This document shows, one piece after another, positions 11,310 to 26,173 of a stretch of 64,000 nucleotides of DNA. Under the pieces are notes generated by a model. The model saw nothing but the letters and a program-made list of their open reading frames with translations. It had not been told where the DNA came from and searched no databases. Each line of letters begins with the position of its first letter. The first letter of the stretch is position 1. Source of the stretch: Octopus bimaculoides (taxonomy: Eukaryota); NCBI RefSeq assembly GCF_001194135.2, contig NC_068998.1, positions 23,592,600 to 23,656,599 on the forward strand. The letters are read 5' to 3'. A program made the translations under genes and the position numbers.

Positions 11310-12830
11310 TATCCTGAAGGCGACATAATCTCAGGAATGACGGGGTAAAGAACGCAGTCAAGCAGAATCTCTACTTGATCTCGCATAAATGCTGTTAATG
11401 GAACGAAAATACCCTCCCCAACCAGAAACAATAAATCATTAGACCAAAATCTTGGAACATATTCACATTGTGAAAATATCAGTGACAATTGGCTCAGACC
11501 ACAACGCAATCTAATTGAACTGATAATGTATATTTCAAGACATTCATGTAAAACTTAAAGAATTTAGGTCAATAATCATAGCCATACGCATTACACTGAT
11601 TTCAGAGAAGATAACCAGTACGTACTAAAACACCATTCCTCGAGGCAGGAGAGTCCGTATGAGACGTCAAATATAGATGTGATATATCTTGATTTTGCCA
11701 AAAACATTTGACAAAGCTAATCGTACAAAGTGTCAAAAACTCCGTGACTTTGGTATCGCTGAGAAACTAGGAGAGTGACTGCGTAACTTTTTAAAAAAGC
11801 AGAAACCAGATAATTGCAACAAATGGGGAGACATTCGCAGCGGTGTCCTTCAAAGAACTATCTCTCTCAGTTATGCCTTCACAGATAGGCAGCCACACTC
11901 ACCAATTATGCAGACGAAACAAAAATATCGCAAGCGATCAAGGACCATGACGACATACTAAAACAGCAAAATGACATGAATGGAATATAAAAATGAGTTG
12001 ATTAAAATAACAAGCAATTCAATGGTGAGAAAAATCAAGAAATATTCTATCAATCTGCAAACAGTCTATAATCGGAATGCCCAGGAACGGTGGATACTGT
12101 CATTCCTGTGTCAGAGTCGTTACGTCGCTTGGGATCCACATAAGTAATGATGAAAAATTCCATGTGAATATTACCAATATATCAACATTGTGCAAACCAT
12201 TACTCTGGAAGGATTCTGAGACCATTGTAAACCGGGAAACAGGTTACCATACTACTCCTATAGAGAGCTTCCGTGTTCAGTCGTCTGGTGCAGAGACTCA
12301 AGCTGGTGGCGGAACTTGAGGCAATCCAGCACCACTGCTCAAAGAAGGTTGACTCAATGTAATTGATGAGCTACCGTGAGAAGCTAAAAGAACAGAAGCT
12401 CTACTCTCTAGAGAGAAAATGTGAAGGACATGCAGTGATATGGAAGACCCTGAAAGGTCTAACTCGCAAATTTTGGATTGGGAAGCTATACCAACAACAG
12501 AAATGGATGGCACTGTGAAGTACCAAAGTTTCAGTGTTTATTCTCAGATAAGTACCCAATATTTTAACAGCTTGGTTTTCAAGGGACCACTACTGTTTAG
12601 CCAAACAGCCTCAGAGACTTATGAAGTGTAGATCTAGTAGTTACAGAGACCATCTGGACATAGTATTATCTGTGACACAAGATAATTCCACATCGCAGCA
12701 AGAGGCACAAAGAACAGCATCTCCTTCGAAGTTGCTGCTTCACCAGAAATAGTACAGAAAAGAAACCCAAACGTACTGAACGACGGTTCTCCAGCATGGC
12801 CTCGGCCTCTAGCTATATCAGTAAAATAAA
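11310..12830 (+). pseudogene. CR1/L2-group LINE reverse transcriptase fragment
   Basis: Frameshifted motifs DVIYLDFAK.FDK, LRDFGIAEKLGE, SGVLQRT (SGVPQG-like), NYADETK (YADD-like), KLYSLER. Confidence 0.85.
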
Positions 12831-13670
12831 TAAAACATGTGTCTTTGTGTGTGTGTCTATGTGTCTGTGTTTCTCCCCTATCACGATTGATAATCAGCAA
12901 TATCATTTGCATATTGAAATTTCCTCTTTGTCTGAGCTCTATTTTTTTATATATATTTTGGCACACTATATATGTCAGAATTATTTAAATAAGTCTTCTA
13001 TAAATTCAAAATAATTAATGGAAATTTTGTGTTTTACCAATAAGTGTTATCCAACGTAAAATGAGAGGTTTTAGATGTGGCATATACTTTGGAGAAATAT
13101 TTTAAGCCAGTAATAATATGACATGAAATATATCAGCAGAAATGACTTCGTGTATCAGATGACAGCGTCAATTACGTATTCGATAAATTTTAAAATAAGA
13201 TATTGAAATTGACGCACCTCAACACTGATTTCAAGATAGAGTTCAGCGGTCCTCCAAATAATATACTTTCGTGCTGGTAATAATCAGACAGTGCAGGTAG
13301 TAGAAATATGATCCAGGTAGAGACTGTATTGCTACAACTCAGTCTTCATTTCAGTGAACAATTTTAACAGCGTTTGTTATGGAATAGCTTTTTAGTAGTT
13401 CTAATGAGATGTCTATATTACTTTTAGTGACATATATCGGTGGGTGTATAAAACCTCATCGTTTCTGTAGAGTGCTGGTTAAAACAGGAAACTGTTAGTT
13501 TTAGAGTTACAGCTTACCTTTTATTAATTTTAAAATAAAAAATAAGTTATTTCGATCTAAACTTAATTGGGGGCGTTATTTACACTCGTACAACGTTGCT
13601 ACAAATTTTGATATAAAGCCTTTTCTACTGGGCACAATTCTCAGTTTTTCTATGCTAAAATGTAGGTAAA

Positions 13671-13701
<31 letters not shown>

Positions 13702-14083
13702 NNNNNNNNNNNNNNNNNNNNNNNNNNNNNNNNNNNNNNNNNNNNNNNNNNNNNNNNNNNNNNNNNNNNNNNNNNNNNNNNNNNNNNNNNNNNNNNNNNN
13801 NNNNNNNNNNNNNNNNNNNNNNNNNNNNNNNNNNNNNNNNNNNNNNNNNNNNNNNNNNNNNNNNNNNNNNNNNNNNNNNNNNNNNNNNNNNNNNNNNNNN
13901 NNNNNNNNNNNNNNNNNNNNNNNNNNNNNNNNNNNNNNNNNNNNNNNNNNNNNNNNNNNNNNNNNNNNNNNNNNNNNNNNNNNNNNNNNNNNNNNNNNNN
14001 NNNNNNNNNNNNNNNNNNNNNNNNNNNNNNNNNNNNNNNNNNNNNNNNNNNNNNNNNNATATATATATATATATATATATATA

Positions 14084-14168
14084 GGGAGAATTCACAAAAA
14101 AAAAAAACAACAGACGAAGTCAGGTGGTGTAGAAAACAAGTACATGTATTAGTATTACGCTCGGGAAT
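14084..14168. repeat. short interspersed repeat, homologous to 56431-56553
   Basis: aacagacgaagtcaggtggtgtagaaaacaagtacatgtattagtattacgctc aligns with aagcgacgaggtcaagtgtataaacaacaagcaggtgtattagttttgacgctc. Confidence 0.7.
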
Positions 14169-15967
14169 GGGTGTGTGTGTGTATGTGTGTGTAATGTATG
14201 CATGTTCTTATGATTTCTATGACCTAATCAAACATCATCTGAAGAGCTTTATTCTCTTTCTCGTATTTATCAATTTTCATATGAAGGAATAAAATATATA
14301 ATCAAAAATCACCAAGAGAGACAAGGGGAAGTAGTGAACGGCATAGGCTCTACGAATCAGCTACTGATTTAACTAGCTTCTTTAGAAAATCTATAAACAT
14401 CCACTCTGTTTGGTAATTGCCTCTCTAAAGATAAGTGTAGTAAATTATTGAATGCGAAATTCCGGTTAAATTCTACTTGAAAATAATTGTGAATATGTTG
14501 AGTATGCTTTGCTTCTTTATGCTATAAAAAATGTGTTTCACTTGTAATAATTCACAAAAACAAAATGTAAAATAAGAACCATAAAATAATGAATGTAAGG
14601 TATGCATACGTATCTTTATTATAAGTTCATTTTGCAGAAGAATGTAATGTAACATTTATAATGCACTATTTTGGTCCATTGTTATAAGAGTCCATATAGG
14701 TCATTCTCATTTACCTCTAGATCAACATGTGTTTCATTTTTCTACGAACAAACGACAAATTCACGTTATTCAACGTATTTGTCTTTGATGAGGTTGGATT
14801 TTAGGATGCTATTCTAAGCCGATCAATCGTCTATCAAGAGGTTCGTTCGTTGTCGTGGGTGCAACAAGGTTTTATAATTAACAAACGACATAAATTAATC
14901 AGATCTTAACCCTGATCTGGTGGACACGTGCTTAAAACTTTCCATTTGTGGCAATACCTTTGAGTAATATAATTATATTTTAAGACATTATGGTTTTATT
15001 TGTACAAGGAAATTTTGTTTATTGTTTCTATCAGCTGTAACCACAAGCTACACTTTCCTAATCCGGAAAGGAGTGATTATATTCACGGCTACGGGTTTTC
15101 CAATATATAGTCGTTTACGTGCCATTGATGAGATGGCAATTTGTCATTTATCTTTTCTAATTTAACGCGATTAATTTGATGTAAATTAATAAATTAAAAA
15201 TGTATGATCCTCAATTAGGTATTATAAAATATTAAGGAAATGACCATACTTTTTCAAATTGATAAGATTCTAAATAATTTTCTCCTGAAGACGTATATCT
15301 TATAATGTATGTTGACGTAACCTGTTTTGCTGCACGAGTTTTATTAAAGATATAAACTTCGTTAAGAATGACAGTGTAACAATAGCAACTGGATAGCAAC
15401 GAATATGCTAATGTTTTTTTCATTAGACTTGTTTTCAGTGAGTACCAAGCATACTGAATATATTGAATCACAAGCCTAAATCGCTAGAAATAACAGCCGT
15501 ATTAAGATAGTAGGTTCACAGGGGTATAAGTGAATTAGTTTCCGGAAAGTGCATACGGGTAGAATCATTAAACTAAGAAACTACCTGCTAAACTTGCTTA
15601 CCTGTCCCAGCTTACAAAACTTGATTATTTCTGGTGAAAAAAATCTTACAATTACGCAAATTCATCGTGATTAAGATTTACGAATTATCTTTTTTATTAT
15701 CCGTTAATTTCTCTTCCAGCTTTATAAAACTATTCATTGTTTTATTCTATTAGGAGTGCAATATTGCGCATTTGGATTTTGTGTAATATAGCGTAGGGAA
15801 TTTGCCTTAATTGTCAAGTTCGTCACGTGGGAACGATATTGTTACATTTTATAGCGGTGTACAGCATGGTCTTACTCCCAAACAACAATATTCCCACTGG
15901 CATTGAAAATCTAGCATTGTTTTATATACAAAATACTAATGCAACGGTTACGCCGATAAGTGAACAC

Positions 15968-16615
15968 AGGAGTGGCTCTGTGGTAATACGTTTGCTCCCC
16001 AACCACATGGTTCCGGGTTCAGATCCACTGCGTTACACCTTAGGGTACTGACTTCTATTATAGTCTCGAGCCGAACAAAGCCTAGTGAAGGATTTTGATT
16101 TGTTTGAGGGATACTGAATGAAGCTTGTTATATGTATGTGAATATATATATGTGTGTGTGTATATTTTTGTGTGTGTGCTTGCACCCCTCCCCCACAACA
16201 TCGCTTTACAACCCATGCAGGTGTGTTTATGTCCCCGTAACTTAGCGGTTCGGCAAAAGAGATCGATAGTATAAGTACTACGCTTAAAATGTATAAGTCC
16301 TGGGTCTTTTTTGCTCGACCACAGGCGGTGCTCCAGCATGACCGCAGTAAAATGACTGAAACAAAAAATGTATAAAAGAGTAAAGGAATACATATATGTA
16401 TGTATATGTGTATGGCTGTGTTCCCATGTAGAAGTATATGTGTTTGTATGTCTTCGTGTCTGTGCTTGTCCTGCACCTCGGCTTGGCAACCTTTGTTGGT
16501 ATGTTTACGAGCCCGTAACTTACTGGATCAGCATAAGAGACAGATAGAATAGGTACTAGGCGCAAAAAATAAATGCTAGTTTGAATTTGACCGGCTAAAA
16601 TCCTTAATAGCATGT
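15968..16615 (+). mobile_element. family A SINE with an extra tandem 3' half
   Basis: Full copy at 15968-16385. A second 3' module gtttacgagcccgtaactta...gatagaataggtactagg lies at about 16450-16615. Confidence 0.85.
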
Positions 16616-16844
16616 CCGCTACGAAAATAATCTGAAGTACATGTATGATGTTTTATCGACATCTAAACAACTTAGTGCATCATGTATTCACTAATACCAT
16701 ACACATATTAGTGCCTTAAATTAAATCAAAGACTTCCATAACCTCTATGTTGTTGACTTTCTACGGTCACGTGACAGGGATGATACTTTTATAAACGAGC
16801 CACAATCTAGATAATGAAGTTGGCAATAAAGTGCAGACGCTTGG

Positions 16845-16950
16845 TCTGATAGATCCTTCGAACTTCTAAAACGAGAGAAAAGGAAACCATGGTGCTCCTC
16901 TGGAGGACTTTTGTCCACAGCCGTCTGGATTACTGCTCCCAAAAGTGGCC
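16845..16950 (+). mobile_element. small CR1/L2-group LINE fragment
   Basis: Translates KETMVLLWRTFVHSRLDYCSQKW (LDYC..W motif downstream of RT). Confidence 0.6.
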
Positions 16951-17214
16951 ACGAAACATTTGGCTTACTTTTGGATTCCTTTCATTAATAATAAATCCCG
17001 AAAATCTGACAACTGGATACTTAATATCCTAACAAAACCGTTACAATGTATGTTTTGAAATTATGAGATTTTTGTCGATTAATTCCATAATAGATGGGTT
17101 GATTTTTTGTAATATCTCTAAGTTTCGAAAAGACGTTTTAAAGAAGTAAGGAACTAGTAAACCGCTCATTTCACCGTTGGAGAGATTTATCTGCAATTTG
17201 GAAGCGTAGTCATA

Positions 17215-17393
17215 GGTACAGACGTTGATGTGTGTTAAGAAGTTTGCTTCGCAACCACATGGTTCCTGCCTCCCTCCCAGTACTTGGTATATTGGGTAAG
17301 TGTCTTCTACTACAATATTGGGCTAACATAATCCTTGTGAGTGGATGTTTTAGATGGAAACTGAAACAAGTCTGTCATGTGTGTGTGTGCGTA

Positions 17394-17436
<43 letters not shown>

Positions 17437-17620
17437 ATGTGTGTGTCACTTCACAACTGGTGTTGATATGCTTACGTCCCCGTAATTCAGCGGTTCGAAA
17501 AAATGTCCGATAGGAAAAGTAACTGGGTTTATAAAAGTACTGGTGTCGATGCATTGGACTAAAACTGCTTGAAAGCATTGCCCCAGCGTGACGGCAGTTT
17601 AATGACTGAATCAAGTCAAA
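17215..17620 (+). mobile_element. family A SINE
   Basis: caaccacatggttcc...gatggaaactgaa...(GT)n...tacgtccccgtaattcagcggttcg...ccccagcgtgacggcag...tgactgaa. Confidence 0.85.
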
Positions 17621-20544
17621 TGTATAGATGTGTCATACAATGCTGCATGCATTCTGCGTAGATCATTCTATTAACTTTATCAACAATAGAATATACAAAC
17701 GATACACAACGATACACAATGAGCAGGTGTAATTTTCAACTAGAACAACCAAATTTGTAAATCAATGCAATAATCTAAATGAAGTGGAAATAATTACCTC
17801 CGTTTATAAAATGTACCAACCTATTGGTATCAATTTTAGACATAATTTATATCTGATAGGGATAAATTTGAATGTTAGACTCATTAAGGAAAAATATGTG
17901 CAATATTTCAGTTAAGACAAATGCTCTAATCGCTTCCACTTTTTTTTTTATTAGCGAAGTATGATATAAAATTTTGTGCATATCATTTGGATGATGAATT
18001 TTAATTGCAGTAAGATAATACTTTGATTTAATGAGACTGTGACTGAAAAGGAGTTAATGGACGACAGATGAAATTTAAAATAAATATGAGAAGTCTGATG
18101 CACAGAGAAATAAATTGAAAGCATAAGTTGTGTGACAATGCAATATAGCTACTAATGATTTTTATAATAAGTGATATATCATATATTTTGAGCACTTAAT
18201 TAACGATAGCAATACTTGCACCTCACAGGTATTATGACATATATAATCGAATGATGAATCGGAATGTTAACTTGAGGAGGATTTTAATAGTGAAACATAG
18301 AAGTAAATACTTTGTGCCTGTCATTTTGCTGCTGCGCTACCGTCTACTATCTTAGGTTTCCACTGTCTGCTATCGAAGGTAAATGTAAATATTACATGTA
18401 ATTAATTCAATTATATTGTTTGCTTCAACTTCCAAAGTCAGAATTACTTTTAACTAATGAATTTCTTGGTTACTTCATCAGCTTTTAGAACATCTAAGTT
18501 ACTATTTATTTCCATACCACATGCAGAGTGCTGTGTAAATTTTCTCTATACCAAAAATAATACTGAGGTGTTATATTACCGTCCAAAAAGTACAAATGGT
18601 GCAGAAATACAATTGATTAAATGTCTGGTATTATATTCTATTAATTTCAAATCAATGAGCGTTACACATGACCTATTTGAGATTTGGATTCAAAGCTGAG
18701 ATGCACAGAAAGACTATGAAGATACTTCCCTTTCTACTATTATTACCACTTTTTTACTTAGTAAATCGGAATATAATGGTATCTAATATACCATAAGATT
18801 GCACATGTGGGATGTTACAGTCGTCTCAATTAAGCCCTGCATTGAATAGCACTGATTTTGTGTATCCCATAAAGATTGAAGTTCAACCAGCGGAAATGTA
18901 ACATAAATCAGAATCAAATACAGTAAGACATTTACTATGAGGTTCTTTTGTTTCAGTAAACTACTGTCCTAAGAAATACATGATACTTTTTGAAATGTAG
19001 CTTATTATATGTCTCCCATAACGTAACAACCAAGAGTACATTCATGATTTTTCTCAATGACTTTCTCCAGGAATTTCAATGAAATTTTTAAACAGTGGTG
19101 TATATTGGATGTGTCATCCTATTGCTATTATTCAAGAAAAGGAATTTCATGCATTCGTCTTGAAACGTGCTTAGATATTTGTCTGTATTATTTAAGGGCA
19201 AATTGGATTCTTCATCTAATGAAAATGATCCTCAAAACCATTAACCGTATGCATGTTGTAACAGTTTAATGTCAGATGTTTTAGCTTTTTTATTTCAATG
19301 GATGTTTCAAAATGTTATTCCTCACACAACCTAAGAGCAAATAATGACGGTAGCTATTCTATCTAGGCTGTAAAATTTCAGAAGAAATCCCACAAGTTAT
19401 CTTTCCTGCTCAAACATAACAAGAAACAAGAATTTTCAAAGAACCATGTAAAAAAAACTGTCGATATCCTGATAAATTGCATGCGGTTCAGCACACCGAT
19501 TTATGTACCTTGTAAAATAGTTGGAGCCAATATGATCCAAGCTATTATAATGTGTGCTCTTTAGTTCTTAATTCATATTTCTTGTCCAGAGAGGACTGCA
19601 AAATATATCTCATCTTCCAAGGAATTCTGATATCCTTCTTATATATTTTCATTATTTAAACGATTAATAGTATTGATGAAACACATTTTAATCTATTAAC
19701 ACGTCGCTGTCCTTGAATGCATATTTATTGCTTTATTTCAGTATTTTCAAAGATTTTTGTTTTTATTTACATTATCATATAAATCTTTAATATATTCAAT
19801 TACACGGATAACGTGTGGATATGAACCCACTTTCATATAAGAGAGCTTTAATACTTACAGCATTAAAGTCAGTAAGTTCATCTTCTACCAGAGCAAATGT
19901 ACATATTAACCACTCGCTAACTAAGACGAGAATTCTTTTAATACTGTGTTTCAAGGACGTAAATCAAATTACGTCAATATTAAATAAAAAAAGTGTTCCA
20001 TCAGTGGCAATAAACTGGTATATTATTGAAACTGCTACATGTACAGAGGCACCAAGCATATAAAGTTTTCAACGCAGTTCCAATGCATTCCTTTAGCATT
20101 TGATCCCATGAATCATGCCCTAAACATCGTATCGAATATTGCTACACTTAGCCATTCAATAAACATTATTGTATTTTGCTTGATATTACTATTTTAATTT
20201 CCTTTCATCAAGGACAGCATTAAGGAATTGTCTGTGCGATTATCTGACAAACCCATCCTTACCAGATGAATAAGAAAAACACATTACGAAATGGAGGTTG
20301 AACAAAGCCAGTGCAAATATTTATAGAAAATTCTCTGCTTAATGGAATGGAAAGAGAAAGGATGATAAAAGTCAAAAACTATAAATGGATAAGTTGAAAG
20401 AAAGAAAGTAAAACAAACCTCAAGAAAAACAAAATAGAAATTTAAGGAAGAAAAATGATTTATTTTGTAAAATTCATTCATTCTGTTCATTTATACGAGC
20501 AGCTATAAGCGCTCGGGTGTATATAGGTATACGTATATATACGT

Positions 20545-20596
<52 letters not shown>

Positions 20597-23500
20597 NNNN
20601 NNNNNNNNNNNNNNNNNNNNNNNNNNNNNNNNNNNNNNNNNNNNNNNNNNNNNNNNNNNNNNNNNNNNNNNNNNNNNNNNNNNNNNNNNNNNNNNNNNNN
20701 NNNNNNNNNNNNNNNNNNNNNNNNNNNNNNNNNNNNNNNNNNNNNNNNNNNNNNNNNNNNNNNNNNNNNNNNNNNNNNNNNNNNNNNNNNNNNNNNNNNN
20801 NNNNNNNNNNNNNNNNNNNNNNNNNNNNNNNNNNNNNNNNNNNNNNNNNNNNNNNNNNNNNNNNNNNNNNNNNNNNNNNNNNNNNNNNNNNNNNNNNNNN
20901 NNNNNNNNNNNNNNNNNNNNNNNNNNNNNNNNNNNNNNNNNNNNNNNNNNNNNNNNNNNNNNNNNNNNNNNNNNNNNNNNNNNNNNNNNNNNNNNNNNNN
21001 NNNNNNNNNNNNNNNNNNNNNNNNNNNNNNNNNNNATATATATATATATATATACGCATACATATGTGTGTGTCTACTTATAGACAGATGTAGATATAGA
21101 TGCACACATATCCACTGATTCTTGCACACGCATGCGTATATATGAATATGTGCAATGAGGATAATACTCTTCTTACATCATAGAATTTATATAGGTCCTG
21201 GAAGCAAGAGTTTATCTACCACAGGTTGCACTCGGTTGCATATGAATGGATAAGCGGAGGATGGGCTTGAAATGAAACTATGTTCATATAGTGGTTGCCG
21301 TTGAATCGAAATTGAAGATAATGTTTAACATTGCAGGAAAGCATGCGAGAATCGATAACAAAACAGCAACGATTACATATATAACAATGTTCCCAACGAA
21401 GAAAAAAAGCTACGAACAGAAATGAATTCAACAGTGAAAACAAAAAAAAAATGCAAAAGAAGCCTATAACATTATTGTTTTAGATTTTTATTCCCATTAT
21501 CAATACCATAGCGTAAATTGAATTTCGGTGTCTTTTAAATCCTTCATTAAATGAACTTCTCCATATAAAGGAAGCACATATAATGCATAAAAAGTACTAC
21601 CGTTTTCATCTCTGTATTGTCTAACGTAACCTTTATTAAAATTAACTACTCTATCGAAACATTTCATTCCTATTGGTAGCTTTATGTTTGCGCTGTAGTT
21701 AGTAAACTGTTATGATTTCTAAAACATCTCTATTTAGATTCCAACATGCTTCATATATCAAAGGATCAAAAATATACAAATAAAGAAACGGACATAACAC
21801 CATAGTTACAGTATTGTGGCGACCTCATATACTACATTCTTCGGGCAACATCGAAGGCTACGCATAGTTTTCTATTATGAATACAATGTAATTTCAAAAA
21901 CAAATATTTCATTCCTTATTCAGAAATCGGGAGTTAGCCTTAATTTTTTTCTTTTTATTCTGATTGAATCATCATCTATATTTATAAATATGAAGCATTA
22001 TCTTTGCTCTAAGGATACAATTCAGGATCATTGGAAGGGTTGCTTAGATACGAAATGGTAGAATAAGGAATACAGTAATTATACAGCCACCGACTAATAT
22101 ATCTCGGGATCTTACTATTTCATATATTGCTGATATCTTGTATCTTTACAACATTGGTTTCTATAAATGATAAAAATGCACACTAGTCTATTAAGTTAAT
22201 TATATAGTAACTATTATTTGCTCTACTTGAAAATTTAAATTTAATCAATATAATATACTTTTTCATTTATTAGTTTTGGAAACACCAGCGAGGGCTCATT
22301 AGTCATTTCATATTATGTTGTAGTTGTTTATAAGATGGACGATCAAAATATGATGGTCATTTCTTAGAATCAAACTAGTATTGTAGTTTTTAATTTTTAT
22401 CCTTCACCATCCGGAGTCAATTTAGCAATTCAGCTTTCAATGTTCGAGAACATTTCTCTCATGGTGCTTATTTAATCAAATATAGCTTTCGAAAATATTT
22501 TGTGACGTCAACGATGGAAATCAATTTTGTCATGTTTTATTTGTGATATCAAATGTTATGTATGGGGTGGATTACGAATACACAACCACTAACCAAAAGC
22601 AAAGTAACATATCGTGACTTTACTGTTGGCTCTTACATATGTACTTAATATTCAATTGCATCTGACACACACACTTACACACAGAGGCACACACACAGAG
22701 AGGCACACACACACACACACTCAAGCACACGCACACACACAGAGGCACACACACACACACACAGGCACACACACACACACGCACGCACTTATATAATATA
22801 GTTTAACGGTCTAAGAAATTTGTCACCTCTCTCTTTCAATGTTACTTTATCATAAAAGAACAAAGTTATTTTTTATGTGAAAGGCAGTTAAAAAATACAA
22901 ACAGCGGAATTTTCGAAGAAAATTAATGAATGATATATTTTGCCTAGAAATGTGACTCAGGGATTTTGGCAATGGTTCAGCATTAATAATCATAATTTCT
23001 TTCGTTGGCATGAGGACAAAGATGTGTGTAAGCAAGCAGTGTATAGAGGATTGAATGTATTTCTGAAAATAATTACGAGATATTTTATTGATGCCCTGCA
23101 GCAGAAAAGGAAAGTTTATCGCTAGGGATTTGAAATTCACCTGTAAAGAGACGAAAGAAAATATCAGGTTTTTGATATAATGAGTCCATCCATTCTTTCC
23201 CGCAATAAACGTCTTACATAAGGATTTTAATATATACTTCACCAACTATTTAGACCTCAGCTTTCACGCAAAACTTACTATGCAATATGACTGCAAAGTA
23301 TTATGCGTACAAGCACAATACGAAGTTGATATTTTGTACAATAAACAATCAGGAGACCATATACAATACTAAAGATAGAGAAACTCTTATTCCAACATAA
23401 ATATCTAGATTATATATAATGTAGCTTGTGTTCATGGAAATCAATATGGTCATAACACGAATTTCTGTAAATGTATTTTCCCATTGACATACTTATTACA

Positions 23501-24228
23501 TTGAAGTCAATGAAGGCAGAAAATCAAAAGGAAAGTACATTTTGCTCTTATAGCTCAACATGGCTGTAATATTTCATGAATACAAAGTCCCTATTACACT
23601 TTTTCTGTCTGTAATAACATTAAAAGACCTAAAGCCTTCACAAAGGTGTGAGAGAACCCACATTGGTGAGTGTGAAGACATCACAATAGATCTGTTTATA
23701 GCTGGTAATCGTCAAAAATTGAGCGGTTATTCTTCCACCCTGGGAAATTTTATTATCAAATATTAACTACACTTCCTACTGTATAGCAGCATCCCCTTCT
23801 CCATTCTAACCTAGCGACTAAAGTATAACGTAAAAGTGTTGAGGGGTACTTGGTCAAAAAAATAGAGTCATGTCACCCAAATAACTAAATATTTCCGCTG
23901 TACATGCATTTTCGCCATATCCAACTGGTAGAGGAAATCTGCTTATTCTTAAACGGTCATATCTTACCACGAATTCTGACCACAAGCGGATTTTCAACAT
24001 TGTTAAGGTCATTCCACTTAAATTATTAAGAATATTTGAAGTTGCCCTAACAAAAAGACAAAAATGATAACAAAAAAAACGAGAAATCGCCATACCTTCA
24101 CCAAGAGAATGTAGTTCAAATGACAAATTGGTGCATACAGAGCTCCTGAATAGGCAAAACCTCCGTTACCAAAGCATACTTTATGTTTTCTATAACCAAT
24201 GTGCAGAAAATCTACCACAAGTAGCATG

Positions 24229-24465
24229 CTATTTGATCGTTCTTGACGTTGAACGCGCACTGCAAATTTCGCATTTCGTGGCCGCATATAATGATGCATG
24301 CACCATTTCATGTGGCAGTGTATGGTTGTTGATTTTCTTTCCTTGTGTCAATAGAACGTTCCAATGCATGTGCATCGTTGGATTATCAAGGTCATAGCAT
24401 TCTGTCAGCGCAGCTAGGTTGTCGAGTGAATTCAAAGAAAGCAGTATTATAACTTAAACATTTAT
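24229..24465 (-). pseudogene. possible SprT-like zinc metalloprotease remnant
   Basis: Open frame with NHTLPHEMVHASLY (HExxH at 24298-24312). An upstream frameshifted YNTAFF resembles the SprT FN..FF motif. No intact ORF. Confidence 0.3.
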
Positions 24466-25214
24466 GCTAAAAATTTGTAGAAGTAGTCGCTAATGTCTAT
24501 CTTGACATTTTTGGTATGTACTGCTTGCATGAATGCCATTACTACTTATCTTATGCGCCCAAACTTACATGACACTCTCCTTTACTAACAGCCTTTCCTA
24601 TTTATTCAGTCTGCTACATGATCAATTAATAGAAATATGTAAGCGCCTGAAAACATTTCAAATTATATTAACTAAATCTCTGTTTACGGAGGATTCAGGG
24701 GTACAGCACCCTCTTTTAAACCAGTAAGCTACGGGGCGAGTCGAATTTGACATTCATTTCCAATAAGTATATATTCGTAATTTTGGTTCAATTTTTGGTT
24801 TACAACGTGTATTGCTTAACCGTAAATGCACCCAAAGCGGGCAGAATAATGGCCACAATCATTCCGGAATGGCCACAAACATTCTAGAAAGAAACTAAGC
24901 TTCTTTCATTGTGCTATTTTGATATAAATGTTTCGTTATTTAATATAATACAACATATGGTATTTAGACGGGAAGCGTTTGATTTAAGAGAAATTATTCA
25001 GCTCTTTATAGCAAGTGAACAAGCAGTATGGAGGCGGTTGATGGTGATAATTGAAAATTTGATGGCAAGGATTAATGATTGCTATTCGTGGATATATTAC
25101 GGTTTGTGGGCTTCTGGTAGTTATAATATAATTTAGTACGTACTGTCACGTTTAATATTCTTAATATTCACTTCAAAAAGATAATGACGGTAGTTTCATC
25201 CATGATGAAGCTAT

Positions 25215-25875
25215 TGATGTAAACAATGATAATTATAATGGTGGTAGTGGTGGTGGTGGGGAAGATGATGATAGTAGGGATGATGATAACGATGACGATG
25301 ACGATCACGATCACGATAACGACGATGATGATTGATGGGGAGGAGAATAATGATTAAGATGATGATCGTGATGGTGGTGGTAGTGGTGGCAGTGTTGTTG
25401 TTGTTGGTGGTGGTAGTGGTGGTGGTGGTGGTAATGGTGGTGGTGGTTGTGAGGATCATGATAAGGATAACGACAGTGACGAGGATGAGGGTGATGGGGA
25501 TGATGGGGATGATGATGGTGGTGGTGGCAGTGGAGGTGGAAATAAGGGTAAATATAATGATAATGTTATTGATCATGATACAATTATTGTTAAAAATATA
25601 TTCAGTGAACTGACTCTATTTCTCCTAGTCTATTTTGCAATTAGACATCATTAATAAATGATGAAGTCAGCATAATCATAGATATGATGGTTATAATGAA
25701 GATTGCGGTGAAGTTCATGAATTTTCTAGCTGTTACTTTGTAGCTGTTTATGGTAATAACACCTAGAGCGATGAAGAGGATGACGAGGACGACGACCACA
25801 ACGACCACAACGAACGTTGAAGTAGATGATGACGATGATGACGACGACGACGACGACGATGATGATGATGATGTC
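25215..25875. repeat. compound (GAT)/(GGT)/(GAC) trinucleotide tracts
   Basis: Directly visible; explains ORFs 25211-25576 and 25332-25613. Confidence 0.9.
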
Positions 25876-26173
25876 GGGAACTTCGTAGATCATATAACAC
25901 AGTGAAGTTAATGTAGGAATACACCTAAGCTAGAGATGTTTGAATTGACTAAGTAATGCCCAGCTAGCCACAGATTCTGCAGACCCATCTCATTTCACGG
26001 GTTGTGTGTCTAGTATTATATCTCATGACACTTATTCATCTTGTCTGTGAATGAATAATTGTTGAAGTCTTTAATGACAAGGCAAGCAGAAACTAAATAC
26101 TTCAACAACAAATAGTTGTGCTGTAAGGAGAACACTAATATTATTTGTTCCCTAATATTATTTTCGTACAAAG

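Noticed and set aside
24018-24397. Hydrophobic frames resembling a GPCR TM3-4 (+) or TRP S5 (-) segment
   Set aside because: Stops flank both frames, there are no diagnostic motifs, and they conflict with each other and with the HExxH frame.
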